Assembly (NCBI GenBank): GCA_050084515.1
Contig: CM114271.1
Span: forward strand, 39,122,001-39,186,000
Length of the DNA stretch: 64,000 bases
Direction of reading: 5' to 3'
Origin: Blasia pusilla
Taxonomy: Eukaryota
In this document: piece by piece, positions 22,198 to 35,507 of the stretch
Numbering within the stretch: the stretch's first letter is position 1
Layout of the letters: each line of letters starts with the position of its first letter
Program-made: the position numbers and the translations under genes
The notes under the pieces: generated by a model
Databases searched by the model: none
Seen by the model: only the letters and a program-made list of their open reading frames with translations
What the model was told of the DNA's origin: nothing

Positions 22198-22417
22198 GAA
22201 GCTACTCCCCCCCCCCCGATAATTCGCATCGGAGATCCCGGCGGCCCAGAGCCGGGGTTGTTCAAGAGTAGCTGTCGAGGTCTGGTTGGTCCGCGGCCTT
22301 GACAGTCGGATATCTCCGGGAACCGATGGAAACGTATGTGAAGATATTTGAACTACGGTCATCTTTTAGGAATCGAGTTTTTCCCGTAAGGGGGAGGATT
22401 TATTCCGTGGAAGAGGT

Positions 22418-22445
22418 CTAGTGTGATGCCCGTGATATGCACGGA
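22418..22445 (-). mobile_element. Helitron 3' terminus (hairpin + CTAG)
   Basis: Minus strand reads ccgtg-catat-cacgg gcatcaca CTAG. The 5' end was not located. Confidence 0.55.
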
Positions 22446-24064
22446 TAATGGGAAAGATATTTAGACATTTGCTAAATTTGGTAGGTTAATTTATTTATTT
22501 TTTAAATCCACACCTGTAAATATTGGAGGAGGTTGAAAGGACATGTGTCAACATTAGAGGAGGGTTTCTCTAATTTCATCATCTTTTCATGATATCGATG
22601 AAGGATGAGTAAACTATCAAACAAACAATAACGAGAATTCCAAAGAGGGACTCCAACTCAAAAGGCTTATTACGACCAGTGAACTTAGGGGTGTCATCTG
22701 GAGATCCTACGGTCGTCCGACCAGTTCAACTTGAGGTTGATGGAAAATGACCGTCATGCCATACATGGTTCCTACTAAGGTATCCATCGTGACGGTATTG
22801 GCACTATCTCATGCCTTACTCGCACACTTTAGCATCCCGCGGCAAACGCACACAGGCCAGCCCAAAGTTGAGCCTCCTTTCCTATTGACTATCACTGGCC
22901 CAAACTTACAACCGGCCCGCCAAATTTTGTCATCCGCATTTGGGCTAGTTGGATGACACCCCCTATTTTCCTATTAAGCTATGCGGGAACTCTAATGTCG
23001 CAATAGGGGGAGTCAAAGAAGATGTTTCGCCTATGGGAGAAATGCCTAAATAAGGATGAGATATCTTATTCTTATTGCACGGTTTGGAAGTATATGAATG
23101 GCATCTTATGCATTGAAATCAATATATATGTGAATATATATCAACCTTAATTTAAAATGGATGCCCACTTTAGTAAAAAACACATTTCAAAAAAGGACTA
23201 AGAAAGGCAACAACATCCCAAAAGAGGAAGGATGCAAGAAAAGAAATGCAAAAAAAATGGAAACAAATCAAACACAAACATGAGCTCAATGAGCTACAAG
23301 ATAGATAGTTTGGAACCAATTTGACACAACCACCAGTAGTTGGTTCGATGTGAATGAAACGATGTGATGAGTGGTCACCGACTACTTCGACTCAACTTAT
23401 TAATCCCAATGCTTATGTACTTTGTAATGCCATTGAGATGCATTGTCGATAAAAAATTAGTGACAACGGAGAGAGAAAGACTACGAGAAGGGGTAAGTTG
23501 ATGATTCTTGAGAGAATGGTGGGCATATGTTTTCAAGGAAGTATCAAAAAACACATGTAAGTGCCAAAAAAAATCCATTGCAAGAGGGATAAAGCCATCG
23601 GTCGCAGTCTCAATACATAACTTAACTCCTTGATTCTTGATGTTGCATTAATCATGGAACCTGTACTGTGTTTAGTATGATACACCGAGAAATAACGTTT
23701 TGGATCAACAAACCACCATATCATCCACACTAGAGAAAATCCACCTCAACTCCTCTAAAACAACTAGGTTAATTTGTCAATGAGAGATTGCTTGTAAAGT
23801 AGAAGGTGGGACATACAGTTCCTCTTGCCCGATGGTATATCATACAATACAAGACAATTATACTATTGCCTCTCTAATCATATCATGAGTTGTCATTCAT
23901 TTTTCACCATATACACATCAGAGATGGTATATACCCTTTCTATCAATGGGCGTTAAGCGAATAGACGTAGAAGAGAAGGATGGGGAAATCCAATGTATAA
24001 GACAATTATACTATTGCCTCTCTAATCACACACATCATGAGTTGGCATGGAGAGATGGACTTTC

Positions 24065-24067
<3 letters not shown>

Positions 24068-24110
<43 letters not shown>
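24068..24110. repeat. (CT)n microsatellite
   Basis: Direct read. Confidence 0.97.
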
Positions 24111-24112
<2 letters not shown>

Positions 24113-25973
24113 ACTTATGCACACAGGTCATGCTCTTACCTCTTGACCAACAAGAGAAGGTTAAGAAAAACATTTGAAAGTAGAAATTCAACTAAGAAAA
24201 AAATAGAAAACTTATTAAAAATGGTAAGTTTCTCAAAATCGGTCCAAATAAGCCCAAAGCAAGGATAATTTATACACTTAAGTCAACCCTCCACCTTAAC
24301 AAATCATCCTTGACCTACTAACATTAACAACTAACCTCTCTAGCTATATCAGGTAAGCAATCTCTATGCTCCATTACCAAATGATGTGACACCCTCCTCA
24401 CTTCACTCATCCACTTTGCCTCTCTTCAATTTTTTGACATCTTTGAATCTTAATTTGTTTCAAGGTATTTTAAGTATGTCTTAATCATGTCATGAGTTCA
24501 CATGCTTTGAACAATGAATTCAAACTCTTTATTGGTTAAACATAGATGTGTAAGGAGAACCAATAACTTTGAGACATCCGATACTCTTGGCTACCTTATT
24601 TAATTTTTTACTTTTGCATGACATGCAAATACAGATATGACATGGAGGATTTAATAACTCATTCCCATGGATAAATGAGACATAATGAATAAGGACTCAA
24701 AAGACCAAATTTTATTTCCACAAGAATCCACAAATGTGTTTCATGGTTATTTTTAAAATTTTAAAATATAAACATTTTCGGACAAGGCCCTCTTCATGTG
24801 GATGAAGGTTAGGATCCCAAAGAGGATATTAGAATGCATCTAATAGGTGGCATTATCTCAAGAAGGTATCATTGCTAAAACTTATGAGGATTTGTGGGGA
24901 GTGGGGGAGGGGAAGGACTTATACACCAAAAATTATATATAAAGACAAATTTCCCTTATGTGATTTTATACCCTATGTTATTAACAGAATATCTAATTTT
25001 CATTCAAAAATCCTAATTTATGAATTACAAATCTTTATTCGTGCATATTCTACGTGTAAAGGATTTCAAAGCAAAACAACTATTATGAAGCCCGTGCAAA
25101 TCACATATTGATAACCACACCCTCCAAAAATGTGATTTCATATTAATCGTAAGACCTAAACCCTTGACAGCTAGAAATGATTCAATTTCGAATATAAGAC
25201 AAGGCCTCAAAAAAGACATGTCATGTCACGAAGAAAAGTGATAAAAAATCACGAAGCAGTGTGATAATAATACATATTGATTTGGATCGAGAAGAAAAGG
25301 AGTTTTTGGAATGAGGAAAAGTTTTTGGTTGGAAAGAAACTTAATTAAAGATCTATAAAAAATCAACAAAAATGAGACTTAAAAAATCGACAACTTCATG
25401 ACCACAGCCCGACGGTCTAATAAGTTTCTCTAATGTCTGGTGTAACCGGGAAATAGGCAATATTCATCGCGGTCGGACCGTGGGATGTAGTAGCTATTTA
25501 CCGACTCGCAGTCGGCCGTTTCCTTTCAACGGTATTTGCTCATGGATACCTTACTGAGCTTACGGTATTTCTTTCTGCGTCTCACAGCCCGACGGCACGT
25601 CCTCATTGACGTATTTCCCGAGTCTTCCGACGACTACCCGCACGAAGTCACATCACAGTTGCTTCCGCGTGCTTACGTGGTATACAAGGAAATCGCGTTT
25701 TACTTTTTCCCACCACCAACTTTTTTCGCCCAGCTGCCCTACTGCTAGCACCAGCCCGCCCGCCCGCTGGGCATATGCCTACCATAGGGACTAGGGAGTC
25801 TAGGACTGTAGGAGGGGGAGTAAGCACGTGAGTATCTGGTACCAACAATTGGGAATGTACTAATGCTTTGAATAGCGAGCATGTTAGAAGGAAGCGTGAG
25901 GTTTGAGTAGCTTGACGGAGCCTGGACCCCACTTCCGTGGGAACACGACACTGGCGGATGTAGAATTGTAGAG

Positions 25974-28900
25974 CAGGGTTCGGGAAGTTTTTTTTATTTG
26001 TCGGCCCAATACCGGGAAATGTCAAATTTCCCGGGTATTTTTTTTATACCGGCGGCGACCGGAAACCTTTTCAGTTACTGGTTTTTTCCCGAACTTTTTT
26101 CCCGGGCAGTTTAAATCTGGCAGGAATGTTTTTCCTTTCGGTCTATTTCTGATATTATTTTTTTCCAGCCACATTTCTGCCAACTTTTTTTGGCCTAGCC
26201 ACATTTCCGGTTCCATTTAAGCAACTTCAATTGCTTTTTTTTGTCACTAACATGAAGTTTCCTTCAAGTCTCCCCGGTACTCAACTTCCCAACCCTTTTC
26301 TCTGTCAGTAACTTCAAGTTTCCCTGGTACCCAACTTCCCAACCCTTTTCCCTTGGTTTCATTTCAGGTAACTCCTACTTCCAACTTCCTAACTTCCTAG
26401 TTCCTACATCATCATCCTTGGCAGGAGTTGAACCTGGCAAGCCTCCCACCCAGCCAAAGATCCTAAATTCCTAATTCCCTACAAAGGATTTTATCCTCAT
26501 CCTTGGCAGGAGTTGAACATGATTTCTCTCCCACCAGTTGGGAGCCAAGGATCCTACCCCTCTAGAATACTTGGAGCCTCACTGCTCCAAGCATTCTAGA
26601 AGGGTCCAACTCCTACTTCCTAAAATACAAAGGCTAAGATGTATCAGCAGCTTCCTCTTCCACAGCTTGGGAGACATATCTATGTGGATTTGCAAACAAG
26701 TACCTAAAATGAGCAGAATTCTTCCACAAGACCATAGACTCAGACAATATATCCTCATAATCAGAGGACGATCCTTCCAAGGCAATCCTCAAAATTGCAT
26801 CCAAGTACTTGGTGGTCAACTTGTTACGAGATTTAGTCTTGATCATATTGTGAATGGAAAATGCTCTCTCACTTATGGCAGTACTAACACACTGGACCCT
26901 AGCTACATTTGCCAAAATCAACAACTTAGAAAATTTACATTGTAGAGAGGGACTCCAACTCACCATAGCCCACAAGTCTCTGGAGTTGCGATCCTTCCAC
27001 TCAGTGGTAGCCATCAATTTGAAAGACTGAAACTCTTGCTTTATAAGTGGAGAATTAATGATTGCAGGTTGTAACTGACCTTGCAATGGCAACTGGGCTC
27101 CGAAAAAACCACACAAATCATCTAAATCTTTACATCCCCAGCTACTGAATCCCACTTGCCGTGATGGCATGTGCAAAGGATTAAGGATTTTCATTGCACC
27201 AACGAGGTTGTTGTCTCGAAATCAATCATGTAAAGCTGCACACACACTTTCAGCAAACCTTTTCTGAAAGAACAAGGCACCCTCTGAGTCACTTCCTGTC
27301 TGATCCCGAGACATACATATGCTATGAAATTTGTTTCCCCTGATCTAAGACTGTAAACGACGAAGATAACCACCAGGTGGCCCAAAGTCAAGAAGTATAT
27401 GGTAACATGTTTCTTCAAAGAAGGTTGAAGCATTCAATTCATGAGTTTCCATCACAAAATTCATGCTTATCCTAGCTACCTCAGAATTGACAATGCTCCC
27501 AATTGTGCTAACATCTACAAACTGGTACTGAAATATCTTACTCAAACTAGCAAGCATGGAAAGAATGTCAGCCAAAAATTATAATTGATAGATCATTTGG
27601 AATGATCTCAACTTGTTAAACAAGTTGGCAGCATTCCCATCATCCTCTGAAGAAGATATATCTCTGAAGTACGTTTTTACCGATTCTTAAGAATCACACA
27701 ATGTGGTCACAGCTTGCCAACGGGATAACCATCGAACCTTGTGGTATCTCTTCATGACTCGCTAGGGGTCATTGAATTTTTCTTGCAAGGATAACAAGAT
27801 TGTTTTCCTCTTGGAGGACCTTCTAAAGTAGCTAGCTACAGCATTGAGAATCCAGTCAACTTCAGAGGAGATTGACTTACAATCAGGAGCTTTGGCAGTT
27901 GATAAAGCGGCCAAATTTATTCTATGGACTACACAATGAATTGAAAGAATGTAGGGATTTACCTTCTGCCTCAATTGAGAGGCTACCCCTGTCTGGCTAT
28001 CTACCATTGTTGAGGCACCGTCAGAACCAAATGCAACCATTTTGGAGAATTCCAATCCTCCATCTTTCAGTAGTTGCAAAAAAAATTTGGTAATAGCATT
28101 AGATTATTTTGATTCGCAATGAATTAATCCTAGAAAACAGGATTTTTCTTGGCCCTCTTCAATGAAAGTAGTGAACATGACCAGATGCCCTGTTATGGAT
28201 ATGTCAATCGACTCATCGATCAAAATTCCAAAGAAAGGAGAGGCTTGAACTCTAGCAAGACTTCTACTAAGTAGGACTTGGCTAATGAAATAAGACATTT
28301 CACTGCAACTCTTCTCATCTTGGTATAGGTCTTTGGTAATGGGATCATTAATAGAGACTAACAACTTACAAAGACTGGAGAATTTGATAAATGGGATAGC
28401 CTCCTTCGCAAGGAAGTATGCACATTTAAACAATGTCATCAGAGCGGCTTCGCAGGTTCGATTGGTTGTGGCAATAGCCTTGGCCATGGACTTCTTACCC
28501 CCATTTTGCAGCCCATGCAAGCTTGATATGCTCATTAGACTTGGCATGATCAGTAAAGGCTGAAAACTTACAATTAATTGTACCATCCCTGGCAAAGACA
28601 CTCTTCCCCTTCCCCTTCCTACGAACTTTACAAAAGATTCTACCAAGGTCAAGAATCAAATTCAATCCAATCATACATTGAGTACCATACATCCTTCCAT
28701 GCAACACAAACTTTCTTAGGTAAAGCCCCAATCCTTCCTGATGGAGTTTGCTCTTCTTTTTCATCAGAAGAGCCAGATAATAAGATAATGTCTGGCCCTT
28801 TCTTTCCTTGTTCCTTACGTAGGAAAGCGGTCATAGTTTTTTGTCTCTTTGCCATCCTTGATCCGATACTCCGAGAATCCGAGGGAGACCAATGTCTCCA

Positions 28901-29768
28901 AGAAATTGAGAATCCCAAATTCCCAAGCACTCGGCGAAAAATCGAGAATTTCAGGAGCGAGCGAGCAGCAAGTGCTACGAGACTAGAGTCCCAGCGTTAG
29001 ATCAAGTAGGGTCCGAGCGAGCAAGCAAGCAAGGTCCGAGAAATGAGTGTCCGAGCAACGTCCCAACAACGTCCGACCGAGCAAGCAAGGTGAAAACAAG
29101 AACTGTGAAAAAACAAGGAAGGTCCGAGCGAGCAGCCAACGTCCCAGGGTCCCAGAGTCCCAGCGAGAAACGAGCGAGCAACGGGCGAGCCTCCGAGTAG
29201 CGATCGTCCGAGGGACCAAGACTCCGAGCTATACATGAAAAAATGAGGCAGTGTCTCCGCATCCAAGAGCGAGCGAGGAAGCAACGAGCGAGGAAGAGCG
29301 AGGAAGAATGAGGGCTCGGAGGGGCCAGCATGGGGTCTCCCCTCGGGGCCTCGACCCTCCGTGCTGAGCGTCCGATCGGGATCGGACGACTCAGAATGAA
29401 GATATAAAACGCCGGGGGTAAAACATATATTGGACGGTCCCGATACAGCCTCTCCTCCTCGACATCATCCGACCGTCCCTTCTACTAGCCAATCAGAGGC
29501 TACCAAAATTTTCCGGCTGCCAGAATATGACGTGGCCAAAAAATGACCATCGGAAACCTCTTTCCGGCTTAGAACCGGTAGCCCCTCCCGTCTGACGTCA
29601 GATTCCGGTATAGTTCTGCCGGAAAACAGTGAAATTTGGCAAACCCCCTGAAATCTGGTCAGCTACCGGAACCGTTGTAAACCCTACCGGAAACGTCAAA
29701 AGTAGATCGGAAAATCGGAAAATCAGCCGGCCAGCACAGCACGTAACCGCGGACCTCCCCGATCATTG
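25974..29768 (-). mobile_element. Full-length hAT DNA transposon (3.8 kb) with decayed transposase
   Basis: Perfect 8-bp TSD ttgtagag at 25966-25973 and 29769-29776. Imperfect TIRs CAGGGTTCGGGAAG / CAATGATCGGGGAG (10/14). CCGG-rich subterminal repeats at both ends. Confidence 0.92.
26634..28855 (-). pseudogene. hAT transposase (ZNF862-like: N-terminal Zn finger, DUF4371-like, DDE core, hATC dimerisation domain), with frameshifts and stops
   Basis: Fragments FGILIDESIDIS (D), AFGSDGASTM (D), SIHCVVHRINLA (CxxH), KVRWLSR and VSTAISERAFSIHNMIKTKSRNKL (E/dimerisation), spread over several frames. Confidence 0.88.
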
Positions 29769-32479
29769 TTGTAGAGAGGAAAGTTTTGAGCCTACAAGAC
29801 GCGAAGAAATTCGAAGAATCTTCCACCTGCCTCGTGGGATTTCCGAAAGTTGTGGTTCGGACATGTGGCTTCACTTTTATCCATACTAGTGTAGTATGGA
29901 TAAAAGACATGTAGCAAGAAAGTTAAATCAACTTTTTTCTAATTTTTTAGTATGAGAAATAGTTTTTTCTTCGTTTAGACAGGTCTTGTTTGTAAATAAG
30001 AAGGCATATTCCAATAATAATAAAATAGTAATAATGTAAATTTTTAATAAAATTTTCAAATAATAATTGAGATTAATTTTGAACGATTTTTTTAATTTAA
30101 AAGATATTAGTTTAGAAACTGGTCAATTGAAAATTCCAAGAGGAGAGAAATTTGCAACATGAAAGGGGACTATCTAATAGTAATACATATTACTAATGGA
30201 AACGGAAGTTCCTACTTAGCATCGTCTTCTAATTAAAAAATCGTAACTCTGAACTACCCCATACTTTTATGGGTTCCTTCATCCCTTTTTATTGATATAG
30301 ATAGTTCTCGAAAATTTAGTCCCATTTAAAGGTAAACCATTCTAACACACTATAAGGCAACCATGCTTTTTGCATGTATCAAACTTTATGCAAGAATAAT
30401 TGTGTTATCCCATTAGACACACTAGTAAAAATGTAAGAACACCTCGTGTTGTGCAATAGCACATTTTTCTACTTAGCACATTTTAATCAAATCCTAAGTC
30501 CACACAAATATTCATACAACAACTTTGCCACATCTTCCTCGAGACTCTAAAATTTATAAATTCAACTCTATGCCTCTTCAAACTTTGAATCTCACTCTTC
30601 AACTTTGTAAGAGAGTTCTTGGTTTGAGTTGATAGTAAAGCTCAAATACTAACAAAAATTTATATGAATGTTAGAGGAGGTTCAATCTTACAAAAAAGTT
30701 TATGCATAAATTGGATCCACCATAATCTTCTAGTTAAAATCTCTACAAGTGTAAACCTACTATTTTCAAAAGGATCTTCCTTTTCAAGAAGGACTTCACT
30801 ACTTTAGGAGAAAAAGAATATCCTAAAACAATATAATGTAGGAGGTCATATGGTATGAGAACACACAATTTCAGTTCGTTTACATAAGTTCATGCGTTGC
30901 AAGATCCAAAATGGACGGGGATGACTAAGAGATTTTCATCTTTTGGGGAATGAACTAAGAAAGATTGGGAAAATTGTTGGTCCAAAAAAAATCTTTTTCA
31001 CTTATAAGGAGTTTCAATCCCCCTCAAGTCTAATAAGCCTTATTTGGAATATCATTTTGATCAATACTTCTCAAGAGTTCGACGTGAAGGCATGTTGTGG
31101 GCATGAATGATTAATCATGTCCTAAGAGGTTTACAAATTGGGTTTTAAGAGTTATCAAATTAATGAGTATATTTTAGCATGATATAAATGTGAGTAAATT
31201 CTTCTTAAATACGTGGCTTTATTACAATCCTCTCCTAAAGAACCCAAGTTTGATCTAACAAAATAGTGTACATTGTATAGAGCCCAACTATATCAATTGG
31301 GAAATCTTGAGAATATTAAGGGAAGTATGTGGATCCATCTGGATTTAAATATGGTTTTGCTAGTAAATACTAAAATTTCTTCTCTCATTGTTGAATCTAT
31401 ACCCAACCTTTGGCCCTATATCTAACCACGGGTCTCTTCACCATAAGTGCGGGTTTGACTTGACTCTAATCTTCAAAAAATCATATAAAAGAATTTTCTT
31501 TCAGATTTGGGATGGAAGGATGAGAGAGGATTGTTGTGAGGACCAATCTTGGACATTTGGGAGTATTAGAGTGAAAGCTTTTCCCAAAAAAATTGAAATT
31601 TCTAGATTCGTAATTGTGTTTGAGATGCATCATGGGATAGTGCATTTTTTTGGTACTTGCTATTTTTTATTTTTACAAGTTTAATTGCAACCCGAAGTTT
31701 TCTTTTCTAAAATTCGGAAAATTTAAAGAAAACTAAATTTATCCCAAATAGAAAAAAAACAATCTTCAGACAGTTAGAAAATTTTCTATCTTGGAGTACC
31801 GACTTTGAAAACGGCAGGTTCTTCAGGCCCATAGAACCGGTCAAGAACCTCGTCTTCCCCGGGAAGGTGGAGTTCAAATAGTTCTGCGGGATTCCAATAC
31901 AGAGAACTCTGTTTCTTTCCACGTGGACCATGGTTCTATGCAAGCCCTTAAATCACCGACATTAGTTTCCGAAGAGGAGTAAACCGCCTTCCAGCTAGCG
32001 AACCTCAACTACGCATCAAGTGGGCCCAGGGGGAGGTGATTTGAGCTGTGGACAGGGCCGACAGGCATGAAATTCCGCCACGTGGTAGATGCAAACTTGG
32101 CTTCTGCTCAAGACGTACTGCTTCTACTACGTGTCATTACACGTGTCATTACACGTGTCCTTTCTGACGGTTGTCGAGTCTGCAATGCCTCTGCATGGGA
32201 TAGCCCTTAAGTGACGACGATTCCGATCATTGACGTATGTGGCACTGTTTATGGTGGAAGAGTTACCCAGTAGCCCACCTTCTACAAAAGTGAAATTAAT
32301 TGTCCCCCAATGTTTCAACTTCCATGTTTAACGCACGGTGCCCGATCACTAATGGTTCCCTCGGCATATTTGTCGTATGCCGAGGGAACCATTATGCATA
32401 AAAGTCATATATTCTGCAAATTCATTTTTATCTAAGTTTGCGGTCATTTTATATTTATGAATATGATTAGTTAGTATGT

Positions 32480-33155
32480 TCGTGATTGCCCAAGAAAATG
32501 ATTTTTCGATAATTAAAAAATATTTTTCAATTTAAAATTGAATGAGAATTTTCGTTTCCTACTTTTAAGAGAGTGATAAATTTTAATTTTTCAATTAATA
32601 TTTAAATAAATGATACCAAATCTCTTAAATAATTTCTTTCTACCACAAAAGTTTTAAAAAATTTACTGTTCCCATCAAATCGTGTGAGGCCTTTTCCCAC
32701 CCCTTCTCTCCGCAGAAAATCTGTATCTGAAAATACTTATAAAATGTTAGAAATAAATAAAAATCGCATTTTAAAATTAAAAATTTTATTTCAAAAAATA
32801 TCATAGTATTTGGGGCTGTGAAAATTTCACCCTTCCATAAAATTTAAACATTATATGCTCCTTCTCATTCAAATTCGTTTTGACTTCCATCAAGTATGAA
32901 TTATGGAAAAAATTATAAATTTTTTTATTGTTGTTTCTAATTATCCGATTTTTTTTATTGCTAGGATCACCAATTAAAATATTAAAATATATTTAATTAT
33001 TAATTAAGAATATTAATTTTCCTCTTCCATTAAAATTCATTTTCCCTACCCATCTAATATGGATCAAAGGACAAAATTCAAATATATTACTATATTGTCT
33101 CACCACCCACTACTTGTTCTTATTGTCCACATAGGATCTCCCATTATAATATAGA
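32480..33155 (-). mobile_element. AT-rich non-autonomous element, same family as 17222-18000
   Basis: Minus strand begins TCTATATTATAATGGG and aligns colinearly by eye with 17222-17640. Confidence 0.5.
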
Positions 33156-33719
33156 ATATAGATGAGGAAAAAATTTCTTCATCTTTGACCTTCTTAATTA
33201 AATTATTTTTAAATTTGATATGTGTCAAAAGTAGAAGAATTTTCAAAAGATAGGTATAAATAGCAAACGAATATTTCCCTAACGCTATCCTCTTAATCAA
33301 ACATCTGGTATATTATTTTCTATTGAGCAACACTTTTCATTTTGGCCTTCATCCATAATTTTTTTTTTCCTTAACAAGAGTAACTTTATGGCAAGTTACT
33401 CTTGTTAACTTCCTTAACAAGAGTAACTTTCATTTTGAACTTCACCTAAGTTTACATATGGGATTTAGTTATCCGTCTATTGTATATTATATGTTGTGTA
33501 TTGCACTCGAGATTGCACTATTACATCTTTAGTTTACTTGGTTTCGTGATCATTAATGGCATTGCTGATTTTTTTAAAAAGTTAGAAACATCTATTAAGA
33601 TTATGAAGCTCTTCATGGGAATGGAAGGTTAGACTTGTTCTAAGGAGCGAAGCATTCTTAAAAAATTACAAAAAAAGCTACAGAAAATGGTTGTTTGCGA
33701 ATCCAGGCAAGTAAATAAC

Positions 33720-33907
33720 CAAGGTTGCCAAAAAACGGACAAGTCCGGACACATCCATGGACATGCCGCTCAGGGACCCGCGGCCCGCATCTGAGCCCGC
33801 CATACTTGTCAAGCCCGCTTGGGTCTATGGATGCGCGCTGTGGGTACCCAGACCCGCATGGACATGGACATGTCCACAAACACAGACTTTGTTTGTGTAC
33901 AACCTTG
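33720..33907. mobile_element. hAT-type MITE
   Basis: TIRs caaggttgcc / tacaaccttg; TSD taaataac / tatataac (7/8). Confidence 0.85.
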
Positions 33908-35223
33908 TATATAACACCCACAGATAATATAGTAATAATAAAGGAAAATTTGTAAATATAAACCAAACAAAAAATTGTTAAAATTTTTCAATGGGAAAGT
34001 TTCTAAAAAAAATTTGGTGAAGAATTCCATCAATGTAAATATGATTGGAAATTTGAAGGAGATAGAAAAGTCCGAGGTCGTTAACCAAACAAGAAATACG
34101 AAAAATTATGAGTAAAAAGTAAAAATCTAAGGGAAAAAAATTAGCAATAGAAATATGGTTAGATGAAATTATGAGAGAAATCTTCATGGATGCTTTAAAA
34201 AATTGGAACATCCATACTCTATTTCGAGAAAGGGAGGGTTACTAGAAACAATGAGAGAAATTTCTTTAATTCTAAAGGAAAGTTCATGTAACAAATTACT
34301 TATTTATTTGGTGAAAGGAGTAAGCAAAGGAAAAAATGCAATTATACTTTTAGATTGTAAGACTACTTTAAGGATTGGAATCAAAATTATGTCCACACAT
34401 AGTAATGTAAGAATAGTGGAAGAGTTGATAGTGGCATACAATCTTGTAGTATTATCCATTTCTTATGATCCACAAATAAGATGATTTTTTGCTACTGAAT
34501 TTTTCTAAGTGAGCACAAATTTTTTGAGGTTAAATTTCAATAATCCAAATATTCAGAAAAAACTTGGAAAACATGAAATCTTTGTGAGGAAAAATTAAAA
34601 TTAACATAAATAGACTAGATATCACACAAATGATATAAATATTCCTTCAAAATTCCATATTTTTTGGGTGTGGATACAATTAAAACTTACATGAGTAGAT
34701 CCCATGATGGCCTTCCATACTACCAAGGATGCACATGGATAAAGTATGTGTCTGCAAATATTGATATGGTCTTTGGCTGTAAAATATTTAATAATGTACT
34801 GATTTGGAACATTAGTAACTTGATTTTTTGAAGTTTCCATTTCCTCGTTATCCGTTTAGGAGGCTTACATTAAGTATCTCAATCATAATGCATTGCCTTA
34901 TGCATTCTACAAATAGAAATATTGTCATTGTGTAAAATAATATCCCTATTTGATGTTTGAGTTAGACAAGGAATTCCTATTGCTATAACTTTCAAACTTT
35001 TCTTCTCTCTTGGAGATGCCTATTTGATACACTTCACTTATATCTTTACAATTTTTCCATATGTGTGAATCACAACATACAACCTTATGTATCCTACACA
35101 TGATAATGTCCCTATTGGGGCGTCTGAAATTATGGAATGTATGGTTGGATGTCAATGTATGTATTAAATTTTATGGTCTTTGTGCGTCTTTAGTGTCACG
35201 TGCCGGAGGAGGCTGCAAGGTGG

Positions 35224-35507
35224 CAAGGTTGCACATAGACAAAGATCGATTGCAAAGGCCCGCGGTTGGCTTGCGCAAGACCCTGCACACGCCCACCGTG
35301 GGCCCAGTGTGGGCAATGCGTGGACTTGATGCGGGCCAGGCGAGGGCTTGTAGCCCGCACACCCGTATAATCTCAGGCCACCTCCTTTAATCCGAGCCCA
35401 CACCCATTCCAACTTCCCACATCCCGAGCATGTGATGACGACCCGGGTACCAAAAAACCTCGAGCGAGGGACTTGTTGGGCATGTCCACACTTTTTGTGT
35501 AACTTTG
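35224..35507. mobile_element. hAT-type MITE
   Basis: TIRs caaggttgcaca / tgtgtaactttg; TSD caaggtgg / ggaggtgg (6/8). Confidence 0.75.
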
